DNA of 28,412 nt from Ginkgo biloba (lineage: Eukaryota; Plantae; Ginkgophyta). The number at the start of each line of letters is the position of its first letter. Position 1 is the stretch's first letter. A program made the translations under genes and the position numbers. The notes below the pieces were generated by a model that did no database searches, was not told the origin of the DNA, and saw only the letters and a list, made by a program, of their open reading frames with translations. Positions 10,551 through 22,989 of the stretch are shown here, one piece after another. Where the stretch lies: the NCBI GenBank assembly GCA_024626585.2, contig JANKJI020000002.1, positions 250,823,866 through 250,852,277 of the forward strand, written 5' to 3'.

Positions 10551-13500
10551 TTGAATTAGGTGAGGAAAGTTATTCTCCACCTTTTCAATCTTATACCATT
10601 TGTCTTTTTTCAGCACTTGACCCTTCATACCAATCTATAAGAATTCTTTCCTTCCCCTCATAGTGTCTCAAAGTTTCCTTTATAAAATAGTATCTTCCGC
10701 TAACTCAATATATACCTTTAGTACTAAGTATTTTATGCATGGAAACATTGGTCTAGTATCATCATATTCATTGATCATGGATAACTCAAACAAATTTAAA
10801 TTATCTAAATTAACAACAAAGTAGATCCCCATATAAGCTAGAAAATATAGATAGAAATCATTCTCACCCACCTATTTCATGATCTTAAATGGGATGTACC
10901 TAATGGGTTCAACTTCTTTCCTAGAAATTTTATTACTATAATTTCTTACCAAGGTATAACTAAACTATGTTTCCCACTATAAAATAATGAGTAGTTCAAT
11001 TTTGGTCATGGCATTGCTTGTATATTTTCTATTCTCTTTTCAATCACTCTTTTACTTGTCGATGGATCTATTGAATCTTCTTTGTGAACTTAATAACCTC
11101 ATGTTGATAATCACCCTATGCCATATACTTATCCTCCANNNNNNNNNNNNNNNNNNNNNNNNNNNNNNNNNNNNNNNNNNNNNNNNNNNNNNNNNNNNNN
11201 NNNNNGAACTTATTACTCGAACTGTGCACTACCTATTATAGGAATGTTGAATATAGGGTAGTCTCTCATCCCAAGTCATTGTATGTCACTATTTATAACC
11301 TATGAGAAAATTAACCAATATTTTATTTAAAACCTCCATCTTCCTATTTATCTATAGGTGAAAGGCCATACTCCTCTTCAACTTAATGTCAATCATACTC
11401 CATAATACCATCCAAAAATGACTTAAATAATGGTTATTCCTATATGTGATTATGGACTCTAAAATTTTAAAGTGACCCACACATGATGATTATGGCCATA
11501 CCATTTCTTTAGAAATCCTCCTAGAAAATTTGTAGAGATGCTCTCCCAAAGTTAATTTGTAACTTGTAAGGGCATATACAAACCCAACTTATGATTGGTA
11601 GGTTTTAATGTACAATAAAGAACATAACCCTAGATAAATTTAGTAATATCAATTTGTATATGCACCTAGTACACATAACTCTAAAGTTTTCTAATATCTT
11701 TTTTACTCCAAAATTCCTTGCCACTTTGGATGTATAGGCTTATCTCATCAAATCCACTTGACATTATCCTTTGGATATATGTAGCCTATAATTATGGTAA
11801 AATAGACCTTACTAAAGATAAAATTTTATTCTATTCTCCCCTTATTGCAATGTCACCATAATTTGATGGGAATTTTGATCCCCTTCATATTAGATGTAAA
11901 TATGTTTAATAGGAAATGGATTCAACTTCATGGTAATTATAAGAGTAACTACTTTTGGCAGTCTTGACAATATGCAAGAAATATTATTTGTCACCCCCTT
12001 ATTATAATTGATAACAAGGTTTAATTATTGTAAGTATAACATCCACTTGGCATTCCTTGCTTGTTACAACTTTTTCTATATTTATAAAAATTAAAGTGGC
12101 TTTTGGTTGGTGTNNNNNNNNNNNNNNNNNNNNNNNNNNNNNNNNNNNNNNNNNNNNNNNNNNNNNNNNNNNNNNNNNNNNNNNNNNNNNNNNNNNNNNN
12201 NNNNNNNNNNNNNNNNNNNNNNNNNNNNNNNNNNNNNNNNNNNNNNNNNNNNNNNNNNNNNNNNNNNNNNNNNNNNNNNNNNNNNNNNNNNNNNNNNNNN
12301 NNNNNNNNNNNNNNNNNNNNNNNNNNNNNNNNNNNNNNNNNNNNNNNNNNNNNNNNNNNNNNNNNNNNNNNNNNNNNNNNNNNNNNNNNNNNNNNNNNNN
12401 NNNNNNNNNNNNNNNNNNNNNNNNNNNNNNNNNNNNNNNNNNNNNNNNNNNNNNNNNNNNNNNNNNNNNNNNNNNNNNNNNNNNNNNNNNNNNNNNNNNN
12501 NNNNNNNNNNNNNNNNNNNNNNNNNNNNNNNNNNNNNNNNNNNNNNNNNNNNNNNNNNNNNNNNNNNNNNNNNNNNNNNNNNNNNNNNNNNNNNNNNNNN
12601 NNNNNNNNNNNNNNNNNNNNNNNNNNNNNNNNNNNNNNNNNNNNNNNNNNNNNNNNNNNNNNNNNNNNNNNNNNNNNNNNNNNNNNNNNNNNNNNNNNNN
12701 NNNNNNNNNNNNNNNNNNNNNNNNNNNNNNNNNNNNNNNNNNNNNNNNNNNNNNNNNNNNNNNNNNNNNNNNNNNNNNNNNNNNNNNNNNNNNNNNNNNN
12801 NNNNNNNNNNNNNNNNNNNNNNNNNNNNNNNNNNNNNNNNNNNNNNNNNNNNNNNNNNNNNNNNNNNNNNNNNNNNNNNNNNNNNNNNNNNNNNNNNNNN
12901 NNNNNNNNNNNNNNNNNNNNNNNNNNNNNNNNNNNNNNNNNNNNNNNNNNNNNNNNNNNNNNNNNNNNNNNNNNNNNNNNNNNNNNNNNNNNNNNNNNNN
13001 NNNNNNNNNNNNNNNGTGACCAAAAATTGACGCACATTCTCCATGTCCCATACTTCTAGGAAATGAGCACAATTAGATATCCACATGGGGAATTACTTGT
13101 CTTAGTGACTCCTTGGTCCAACAACTCTTGAATCTATCTCTGAATTTTCTCACTTTCCACCATAGAGTACAAACTAATATTAGGAAAAGGGGAGGTTGGG
13201 AACAATTGAATGTCATTCTAAATTACTATTTGTGGTGGCATACCTTTTGGTTATATGAATACAACCTCATACTTATTCAAGACCTGATTCAATTGGCTTG
13301 TCTACTTCTTTGATAATGCATTCTTGGAGGAATCTTCATCGATGAGTTTCTCATCCATCGACGCCATTATTATTTCTAATATCATAAAATTTTGGTTATA
13401 ATTAATCATCTTCTTATCCTAATTTTTTTATATTAGTGAGATATTCTCCCTACCTTTATATACATTGATAAGGCATAACTCCCTGTCTATGTCCAACCTC

Positions 13501-14657
13501 TATTTTTTGGCCCTTCATAGGAAGATGGCATCATGATCCCACAAGTATGGACTTACAATCACCACTTCCACCTCATAGACAAATTATATCAAAATGAATA
13601 ATTTAAATTTTCACTAGCAAGTGACCTAAATCTTGACGTATTTATGTAACTAACCTAAGGGATACGATTCAGGGTGTGTAGCGTTCTTCAAATCCAACTA
13701 TCAAAATTATGCTTATTAGATCAATTTCTTTGGATAATTGATTCAAATATGGATGTTACAAAATTATTCTTAATATGAATCTTGACATGGAAAATATTCG
13801 CTTACAATTGTCATCAAGTTACTCTTGGCAATACTAATCACAACTGTCGGTTCAATAATACTAAATGATCTAGCCACCTTTTCTATTCCATTTATAGCGC
13901 TAAGTCCATATTTTGGAAAAACCAAAAAAGACACTTTGTCGTCAACATATAAAATAATGTTTATCTCCTTTCCTTATACCTTTGTAATCTACAACATAAT
14001 AAATCTTTTATCGATCTTATTCTTTGAGACTAGTTCAAGATGGAACTTCTAACATCACTCCTTCTTGTGACCACTCTTTTGATAATTCCCATACTAAGAA
14101 ATGTTTGGGTTATATGATAAAACATATTATTTCTCATTTGACTATTCCTCTTCTTTTTCAAAGTCTTTTTCCCCTCTGCTTTGGATGTACTAACACTAGC
14201 ATTAAGTCTTCTACCATTATTCTCATCGACATACATGGCCTTCTTGCATTCCTTATTAAGTGCATTCACTTTGAACAAAATGAATTCATTCTTGATATTC
14301 TCATAGACATAAATGACCTTCTTGCATTCCTTATTAACCTTTTATTTATCTTGTTTAATTCCCATTTGAATACATTATCAGCAAAATTTGACAATATACT
14401 CTTGGACTCCTTGCCCTTAGCATTATCTTAGGTAGTGCCATTTAAAATCTTGCTCCTTTTCATATCCAATTGAGTAAAAATAACCCTTGAAAAGAGTATT
14501 TAATTCCTCCCAATCCATCACTATATTTTTATTAGTAAGGTACATTTCTTAGCATAGGGTCTCCCACCATAGCAATGTGTATCCCTCCATCTTTAGTAGA
14601 AAAAATTAGATTTTCTTCTTATCGAAAAACCATAACAATTGAAAAACACCTTGATTT
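10551..14657 (-). mobile_element. Decayed Ty3/gypsy LTR retrotransposon internal region (gag-PR-RT-RH-INT)
   Basis: Domain order on -: gag (WW motif ~14565), protease (HPESYPLG, PYLWDHDAIF), RT start (SPCG, GTWRMCV at ~13040), RT core in the N run, RNase H end (KGVTN...LSR), integrase (GLYMPL, WESIS ~11540, TWDERLPYIQHSYNR 11232-11276, PIRYIPFKI) and a C-terminal KGQ...KWY...FPHL segment. Confidence 0.92.
14218..14337. repeat. 42-bp direct repeat at 78-bp period inside gypsy gag
   Basis: TATTCTCATCGACATACATGGCCTTCTTGCATTCCTTATTAA (14218-14259) versus TATTCTCATAGACATAAATGACCTTCTTGCATTCCTTATTAA (14296-14337); 3 mismatches. Confidence 0.85.
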
Positions 14658-15053
14658 NNNNNNNNNNNNNNNNNNNNNNNNNNNNNNNNNNNNNNNNNNN
14701 NNNNNNNNNNNNNNNNNGAGAGGACAAATTGAAGAACCTAATGAGAAAAGTAGATAATATGTTAAACTAGCTCAATCAACATTCCCTCGAGATCAATCAA
14801 ATTCTCCAACTTATCAATACATAAGAAGAAGGAATTATTATAAATTACAACAATAGGATGCTTCTTCACCAAGAGAAAAATACCTCTCTAGAGAAACATA
14901 AAAAAATGGACAATAATTGAGGGAAAGTAATTCATACAAACAATGGGAGAACCAGATACAATTTATGATTAAAAATTATGAAATTATAACTTTAATGGTC
15001 CCATTGAATGATCCATATCTTAGTGGAAAATTTATAATTATCCAATGTTTGTA

Positions 15054-18000
15054 TTTTTTAAAGGTAAGTATGTATTAATATTATAGGATAATAGAATTAC
15101 AAAATTCCTTCGCTATCAGGAAGGTCTGGGAGGGAATCAATAGTATACAAGATAAGAGGAGAGATTATGCAGTACAATGAGCCCAAAGCTCAACCAATTA
15201 CATAAAGGCAGGTAGTAATAGACATCACAATGTTTATCAAAGTATAATGAGAAGAAAACATCACACTACCCTTACTAAGTGTCCTATATATCTAAGGGAT
15301 TATCTAAGCCTTCCAACTAGTCCATATACTTAGTATTTTCTTCCTCAAAAGTGCTTTTGGATTATTGTTCCATTTCTTTGAGTTCCTCCTTTAAATCATC
15401 CACCTTGATTTGAATTGTTCTCAATCAATCAATCATTACCGCACCATGATTCCTAAAGTGATCTTTCAAATCAATGAGATTTAGTGCTATGTCTTTAACC
15501 TGGGTGGACCAAGCATGGAGGTCCCTATCATGCTTAGCAATATGAGATCTTAGCTTCTCCATTTTGGACTCTAGCTAATCAATCCCATGACCTTCATCCA
15601 CTCTTACTAAGAGGGAGGCCATGAATAACAAATGAATATGGCTACCAAGGGAGGCCAACACTAAATATAGAAACTAGATCTTTATCAAGGGATAAATAAA
15701 GGAAAGAAGGGATGACTCCATAGTAACATGAAAGGATAGTAATGCAAAGGTCTATACGATGGTTAAGAATGATAGGAGTAGGATAGATTANNNNNNNNNN
15801 NNNNNNNNNNNNNNNNNNNNNNNNNNNNNNNNNNNNNNNNNNNNNNNNNNNNNNNGAGATTCACCTTAGGGAAAGAAAGATTATACAATATGGAAGTGTT
15901 GGGGAGGAGGACTCCTTTATTAGCTAATGAGTTTGTTTTGGATTTTTTATTTTTAAGAATGTGGCACCAAGCAATGGTTATTATTTGGGAGATAAGAAAT
16001 AATGACTCTTTGAATAGAGGACTAAGAAAAATATTTTGAATAATTAGAGATCATATTAGAACTAAAATAATGAGGTTTGAGTCCCCTAAATGGAGATAGA
16101 TATCACTTTAAGAAGGAGGAAAAACTTGATTCCTTGGATTAATGCTAAAAAATCTANNNNNNNNNNNNNNNNNNNNNNNNNNNNNNNNNCTAAAATAATA
16201 ACTAATGGAGAGTTGATCTAAGGAAATTAAGATAAACTCACCACCACCACTAGTTTTTGGATTACCCTTAGAAGCCTTGTTAAATAAAAGAAAGGGAGAG
16301 GAAGGGGAAGGGGATATAAAGGGAGGGGAATTCAAAGAGAATGTGGATAGATAAAGATTTAGGAGTGAGAGTAAGGAGTACTAATCAAGGTCACGGAGAG
16401 GAAATATTGGATCCCAAATGGATTTTAGGGACAAAGCTTCCTGGATTCTTTTATAATTTTTAGAAACTACTNNNNNNNNNNNNNNNNNNNNNNNNNNNNN
16501 NNNNNNNNNNNNNNNNNNNNNNNNNNNNNNNNNNNNNNNNNNNNNNNNNNNNNNNNNNNNNNNNNNNNNNNNNNNNNNNNNNNNNNNNNNNNNNNNNNNN
16601 NNNNNNNNNNNNNNNNNNNNNNNNNNNNNNNNNNNNNNNNNNNNNNNNNNNNNNNNNNNNNNNNNNNNNNNNNNNNNNNNNNNNNNNNNNNNNNNNNNNN
16701 NNNNNNNNNNNNNNNNNNNNNNNNNNNNNNNNNNNNNNNNNNNNNNNNNNNNNNNNNNNNNNNNNNNNNNNNNNNNNNNNNNNNNNNNNNNNNNNNNNNN
16801 NNNNNNNNNNNNNNNNNNNNNNNNNNNNNNNNNNNNNNNNNNNNNNNNNNNNNNNNNNNNNNNNNNNNNNNNNNNNNNNNNNNNNNNNNNNNNNNNNNNN
16901 NNNNNNNNNNNNNNNNNNNNNNNNNNNNNNTATATAGAGAAGATAACTATACTAATTTTTCTTACCAAACCATACTATTATATCTTCCTATTCAATTTGG
17001 AAGTATCGCCTTTCCCAAAGATTGGATATCAACATAGAGTAATCTTCAAGGGGAAGGTTAGCATCCTTCCAATCTTGTGAAAATTTCCAATCCTGAACCT
17101 AGGAATTAAAATTCAATTTTAATAGGTGAACTTGTTTATTGAACTCCCTTAGATTTATGATGCCTTTTTCCTTAAAGAAAGACTGTAATTCTTGAAAGTT
17201 GGGGATTATTGCTAAGAGGAGGATTTACATTCTAGGAGTCCCTCCAAAATTTTATGATATGAACACTATATACTTCATAGGAGGAAAAATTTTNNNNNNN
17301 NNNNNNNNNNNNNNNNNNNNNNNNNNNNNNNNNNNNNNNNNNNNNNNNNNNNNNNNNNNNNNNNNNNNNNNNNNNNNNNNNNNNNNNNNNNNNNNNNNNN
17401 NNNNNNNNAGAACCTTTTTTCAAAGAGTAGTATTACATGTGATCAACCTCCATAATTTATTACCTCCCAATGCTTAATAGAATAGGGAAAACTTCCTTAT
17501 GCCTATACTACCTTTATATTTAGGGAGATAGGTCATGTTCCAATTCAAAAGATGCATACCTTTCACTTTTTTTGCTCCCTTCCTTACAAATTATCAATTT
17601 TTCATTTTGATTTCCATTAGAGTCATCTGCAAAACTACTAAACTAGAGAAAGAATAAATAGGGAGGGTAAAGAGGGTTCTTTTGAGGAGAGTCAATTTCC
17701 CTGTAAGATTGATCCATTTAGAGGACCAAGAGGATATTATTTTTCTGATCTTCTCTAGAAAACAAACCCAAGAGTTCTTTAAATAATATTTTATACAAAT
17801 AGGAGTCCCTAGATAAGTGAATCCTTTACTTGGGTCCANNNNNNNNNNNNNNNNNNNNNNNNNNNNNNNNNNNNNNNNNNNNNNNNNNNTAGATTTTGTA
17901 TTATTAATAAGGGCTCCAAAAGTAGTCATAAATTTGTCTAGGGTATTTTTCAAAATATTTTCTTCCAGTACACTATCTGTGTTAAGCTAATTTATATCAT

Positions 18001-18420
18001 CCAAATTTTATGAGTGAGAGAACTTTAGAGAAATAAGATGAATTTCATCTTCAAAGAGTCCACTTGTAATAACTTCTGAGGATAAAATTCTACCTAGAGA
18101 TTCTACAATAAGNNNNNNNNNNNNNNNNNNNNNNNNAGTAGGGGATAAGGAAAAACCTTGTCTTAATCCCCTGGTGGATTTTAAGAAGCCAGTCAAAAAG
18201 CCATTAATCGGGACAAAGAAGGAAGGGTTAGATTTACTATATTTTATCCAATTTATAAGGTGAAAACTAAACCCAAACTTTTTCAGGATAATGAGAAAGA
18301 AATTATAGTTCAACCCTATCAAAGGATTTATTCTATCCATATCTAATTCGATTGCCATGGTTTTCTTCTTATAGGTTAGGTAGGAATGTATTAGTTCTTG
18401 GGAAAGGATAACGCTATCAA
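15054..18420 (-). mobile_element. 3' half of an L1-type LINE with RNase H domain and poly(A) end
   Basis: RT motifs MAIELDMD, INGFLTGF, RGLRQGFSLSP, FTYLGTPI and LTGKLTLLK; HLLNW...PKYKGSIG; RNase H FNKASKGNPKTSGGG (~16250-16290), GDSNLII (~16070-16086), WCHIL and SLANKG (~15915). The minus strand ends ...TACTTACCTTTAAAAAA at 15054, resembling plant L1 3' termini. Confidence 0.9.
15284..15721 (-). pseudogene. Decayed extra ORF in LINE 3' region: hydrophobic N-terminus plus predicted coiled coil
   Basis: A single frame without frameshift: MESSLLSFIYPLIKI*FLYLVLASLGSHIHLLFMASLLVRVDEGHGID*LESKMEKLRSHIAKHDRDLHAWSTQVKDIALNLIDLKDHFRNHGAVMID*LRTIQIKVDDLKEELKEMEQ*SKSTFEEENTKYMD*LEGLDNPLDI. It has five internal stops. 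Confidence 0.45.
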
Positions 18421-18520
18421 NNNNNNNNNNNNNNNNNNNNNNNNNNNNNNNNNNNNNNNNNNNNNNNNNNNNNNNNNNNNNNNNNNNNNNNNNNNNNNNN
18501 NNNNNNNNNNNNNNNNNNNN

Positions 18521-21388
18521 GGTAGGTGAATCCTTTATTTGTATCTTCGAGAGGAAAATTGAGGGCCTTGTTGATTATTTTCTTCAATGTGATAGGACAA
18601 TTATAACAAAAGATAACAGATTATGTGTTGTTAATAAGTGCTCCAGAAGCTGTCATAAATTTATCTAGGATCTTCTTCAGTGTTTTTTCCTCTAGGACAC
18701 TGGCTTTGTTGAGAAAGAATTATATCATCCATGAATTGTGACTAAGAGACCTTTGGAGGAAGCAGGTGGATTTTTGCTCCTAAAAGAATACTTGTCCATA
18801 CTTATGAGGAGGGAAGTCTACCCAAGGATTTTTAAAGAAGAATATATAGAGTGCAGGATAAGGAACAACCTTGTCTTAATGCTTTGGAAGCTTTGAAGAA
18901 CCTAATCGAAGAGCCATTGATCAGAACATAAAATGAAGGATTAGAGATACAAGATTTAATCCAATTTAGGAGGTTTGTTCCAAATTCAAATTTCTTCAGA
19001 AGAATGAGAAGAAAGTTCTATCTCACCCTATCAAAGGCTTTATCCATATCTAATTTGATAACCATTGCTTTCTTCTTAGAGGAAAGGGATGTATGAATTA
19101 GCTCTTGTACAAGGACCACATTGTCCAAAATTTTCTTGCCCAGGATGATGCCTCCCTCCTCCTCTAAAATTAATAAAGGAAGCACTGATTTTATCCTATT
19201 GGCTATAACTTTGGCTATGATTTTGTAGAGAGTGTTGTAGAGAGAAATTGGCCTGAATATTTTGAAGTAAGTTGGATTTTTCTCTTTTGGAATTAAAGCT
19301 ATAAAAGTAACATTGAGATCTCCCAAGAGATTACTAGAAGAGAGAGAATCTTTTACCACCATAATAAGGTCCTTCTTTATGATATCCCAAGATTATTGGT
19401 AGAAATTTTCTTGGAAGTTCTTAGGACCTATGGATTTGTCTTTCTTCAAATTAAAGATTGCATTTTGTAGTTCCTCCTCTATGATAGGTTTTTTTAGAGA
19501 TTCATCTTATTCAGGGGATAGGATGGTAGGGAGATTATTTAGGATCTCTTGATGATATTCTTACCTATTTGCATCCTTCTCAAAATAGAAGGTTTTGAAA
19601 AAAGGATACANNNNNNNNNNNNNNNNNNNNNNNNNNNNNNNNNNNNNNNNNNNNNNNNNNNNNNNNNNNNNNNNNNNNNNNNNNNNNNNNNNNNNNNNNN
19701 NNNNNNNNNNNNNNNNNNNNNNNNNNNNNNNNNNNNNNNNNNNNNNNNNNNNNNNNNNNNNNNNNNNNNNNNNNNNNNNNNNNNNNNNNNNNNNNNNNNN
19801 NNNNNNNNNNNNNNNNNNNNNNNNNNNNNNNNNNNNNNNNNNNNNNNNNNNNNNNNNNNNNNNNNNNNNNNNNNNNNNNNNNNNNNNNNNNNNNNNNNNN
19901 TCTAATTTTTCAGTAAATATATTTCTAATGGTATTTCTACTGCATGTTTTTAGCCTCGCCTTTATATATTTGAGCTTTTGGGAAAAAATAAACATCTTAG
20001 AACCTAAGACAATAAATTATTCCCACCAATCCTAGATAAGGGGATGAAAGATTAGGTGTTTTGACCAATGGGGAAAGAATTTAAAGGGGGCATTTCTAGG
20101 AGAAGAAACCTCCAGAATTTCTATGGATATAGGCTAGTGATAAGAAAGGGAGCCTTTCAAGATTGTGGATTGGATAATGAAGTCTTATTTTAGGAAGCTA
20201 TCGGAGACCAAAAATTTGTCCAACCTTTTCACAATCAAAGCCTTTCCCATGCTTCTATTGTTCCAAGTGTAGGTTCCTTCTTAAGGTATGATGTCCTAGA
20301 GGCCTCTCTATTCCATTAACTTTTCTAAGTGAACTCTGGTTAGATCTAGGGATCTGGTTCTGCCTTTCTTTTCTGAGAGATGAAGAATTATCTCCATGTC
20401 TCCTCCAATAATCCAACTCTTTAAGTTATTTTCCACATGATCTATGTCTATTGATTACCAACATTACTTTTTAAGATTAGTTGAGGGAGGACTATACACA
20501 TTTGTCACACTAAAAGATATACCTAAAATTCTTGTTGAGAAGGAAGTTCTTATTCACTGTTCATATTTTTTCTCTTGAATAAGATTTAAAATGTTTAGAT
20601 CCCAAATAGTATCCAAACCTCCCTATTGGCCCTAACTGCAATACAACAAGCATCTTTCCATAGGTTCCCCGCTATACTTGACATAACACTCGCTTCAAGT
20701 TTTATTTCTTGGATTAAAAGAATTTACGGATGATTTTCCTTTATTTTTCTTTTTAAGACTCTTTTTTTTTGGGTCTGAGCTTAGACCCCTTATATTCTAA
20801 GAGAGGATAATAATTTCTTGGGGGTTTTAGATTCCCTTATTGAGAGAACTTTCCCTTCCAATAAAGCATATTTTCCCTCTAAGACTTCTAATAAGATTTG
20901 CTCTTCTCTGACTTATTTTTTAGATTTCCTTCATTTTTTTCCTTTCTTATCAATTAATGTTAGTTCCAAATATTTTAGATATATGATAAGAGTATCTAAT
21001 TCCCCTTCCTCTTAAAATCCTCTACGGGAAGGGATTTCAATTTCCTTATTCGACGAGATCACATCATGAAAGTTTCTTGCCAAAGATAAGGGAATAGAGG
21101 TTTCCAAAAGAAGAGGTTATGAGGGTGGATAGGGGGTGCTATAGGGTATAAGGGATGGAGGGTATCAAAGTGAGGATTGGTGAGACCTTTATATAGAACC
21201 TCAAAGGGGTTGGAAAAAGGAAGGGTTAGAGGGGCAGGGAGGGAAGGATGGGCTGGATTAGATTAAAAAAAAAAATCTTAGAATTTTTTTGGATAATAAG
21301 CTCAACTACTTTAGTGATGAGCTTCGGGGAAAGATATTCTATAAGAGGAGAAATGGGGATATATTTAGGACAATATTTATTTAAATGA
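18521..21388 (-). mobile_element. 5' part of an L1-type LINE (ORF1 end, endonuclease, RT)
   Basis: Basic ORF1 tail (RKSKK*VREEQI ~20890-20940). EN motifs IILS*NIRGL (~20785-20815), LLIQE, TNVYSP, WIIGGD, YTWNN and RLDKFLVS. RT motifs FIALIPK, FRPISLYNTLYKIIAKVIANR, KLDMDKAFDRV, RQGCSLS, QFMDD and KGFTY at 18521-18537. Confidence 0.92.
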
Positions 21389-21488
21389 NNNNNNNNNNNN
21401 NNNNNNNNNNNNNNNNNNNNNNNNNNNNNNNNNNNNNNNNNNNNNNNNNNNNNNNNNNNNNNNNNNNNNNNNNNNNNNNNNNNNNNNN

Positions 21489-22810
21489 CACCTAGAAGTC
21501 CTGAAAGTGGGTCCCATATCTTAGGAAGACGTTGTCGATAAGTGTCTCATTTTAGAAGCTTATGAAGTCTAAGAAGGCATTAAAATCCTTAAAAATCATA
21601 CCAATACATCATCTAGTGAAAAAAATAAACATACCACCAACAATAGGGTAACAGATTCACGATCCCCATCCCTTCCTAATAAATTACTTGATCCAATAAC
21701 ATCTTCTATAAAATAACTCGAGAGGACCATAGTAGGCTCGTCAAAGTTTAATCCGCCTGCTAATAAGTCACAAAATAAAAATCCTCCACCTTTGAAAGGA
21801 GAAACCAAAATGATTCACATGGCCAAAAAGGAGAGTAATCCATCCAAAAAGGAAGATATCCATGGAACCTATGAAAAAGGTACCTTTCGATCCCACCAAA
21901 TGGTGGGACTATCATACATGTCCTGGACATGATCAATTTAGCTGCTTTGCCTTATTATGAATGCAAAAATGTCACCTTGACCAATAAACATCGAAACCCA
22001 ACTCAGAACAAGAAACATATTAGGATCCCTTTCCTGATCACATCGATGATAAGAAAGGAAAGCCAANNNNNNNNNNNNNNNNNNNNNNNNNNNNNNNNNN
22101 NNATTCCTCATCTTCCTCTTCCTCCTCCTATTTCTTAGAAGAAGAAGAGGAAGAAATAAACACTTCCAAGTTGAATTGAAAGGCACTCCACTATAAATAG
22201 GTCACGGATGGATCAAAAGTTCTTCCTGATAACAATACGAAAGCCTCCTCTTCAAAAAATTTGGAAGCAAAAGGTGCCAAGAAAGGTCCTAAACTTATAA
22301 TCCTTATTGAAACCATTTCCCAACAACCAAAAGATATCCTCATCACTACTCAATCTCAATCTCGCAAGGAGCCTGTTTGTACCTCCCAGCCATCCAATAA
22401 TTCTCTTATTATGGAAGCACCTATTTCTCCTCTCGAACCAATTATGAACAAGCCTCTACCAAATTGACCCATCAGAGTTGATTTTCGATAACCCCTTTCC
22501 TAACTTACACGTGGGAAAGATTATTTAATTATTGATGAGTTATATTCAATTTTGTCTGGTATGTCTCTTATGGATGTACTCAAAAGATGTCCTAATGAAA
22601 GATAAGCCTTTCTTACTGCTTTATTTGTCTCAATTCTTGACTTCTGATGTGACATTTTCATGTTTGATCCAACTGACCTTCCTCCTCCTAATATTCAGAG
22701 AACTAACTTATCCTCTCCCTTTTTGATACAAGTTGATATAAGAGAGTTTACGATACAAAGAGTTATCGTAGACCCTAGATCTTCTATCAATGTCATGTCT
22801 GTATATATTA
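21489..22810 (+). mobile_element. Ty3/gypsy (Tat/Ogre-like) gag-protease fragment
   Basis: Zinc-knuckle-like WWDYHTCPGHDQFSC (21901-21945); YLIIDEL...MSLMDVLKRCPNER*AFLTAL (~22520-22623); protease-like FLIQVDI...RVIVDPRSSINVMS (22720-22800). Confidence 0.75.
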
Positions 22811-22989
22811 TGATAAATCATAGAGGAGTATGTCTAAAAGAGGACATAGAATACAAAGATGATGTATTAGATTTTTAAATACATCCACAGGCATAGAATA
22901 AACATTCAAATACACATAAGAATTAACTCTTCATAATATAGAATCCAGTCATAAGGATAATAACCAAACTACTTTAGGTTATGTCATGT

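Noticed and set aside
12002-13086. Long ORFs of 300+ aa in the track, and similar X-rich ORFs elsewhere
   Set aside because: Artefacts of translating through N runs; the flanks belong to the decayed gypsy pol.
14718-15053. Possible 5' LTR or leader of the gypsy element
   Set aside because: Position fits, but no TG...CA pair, primer-binding site or second LTR copy is visible.
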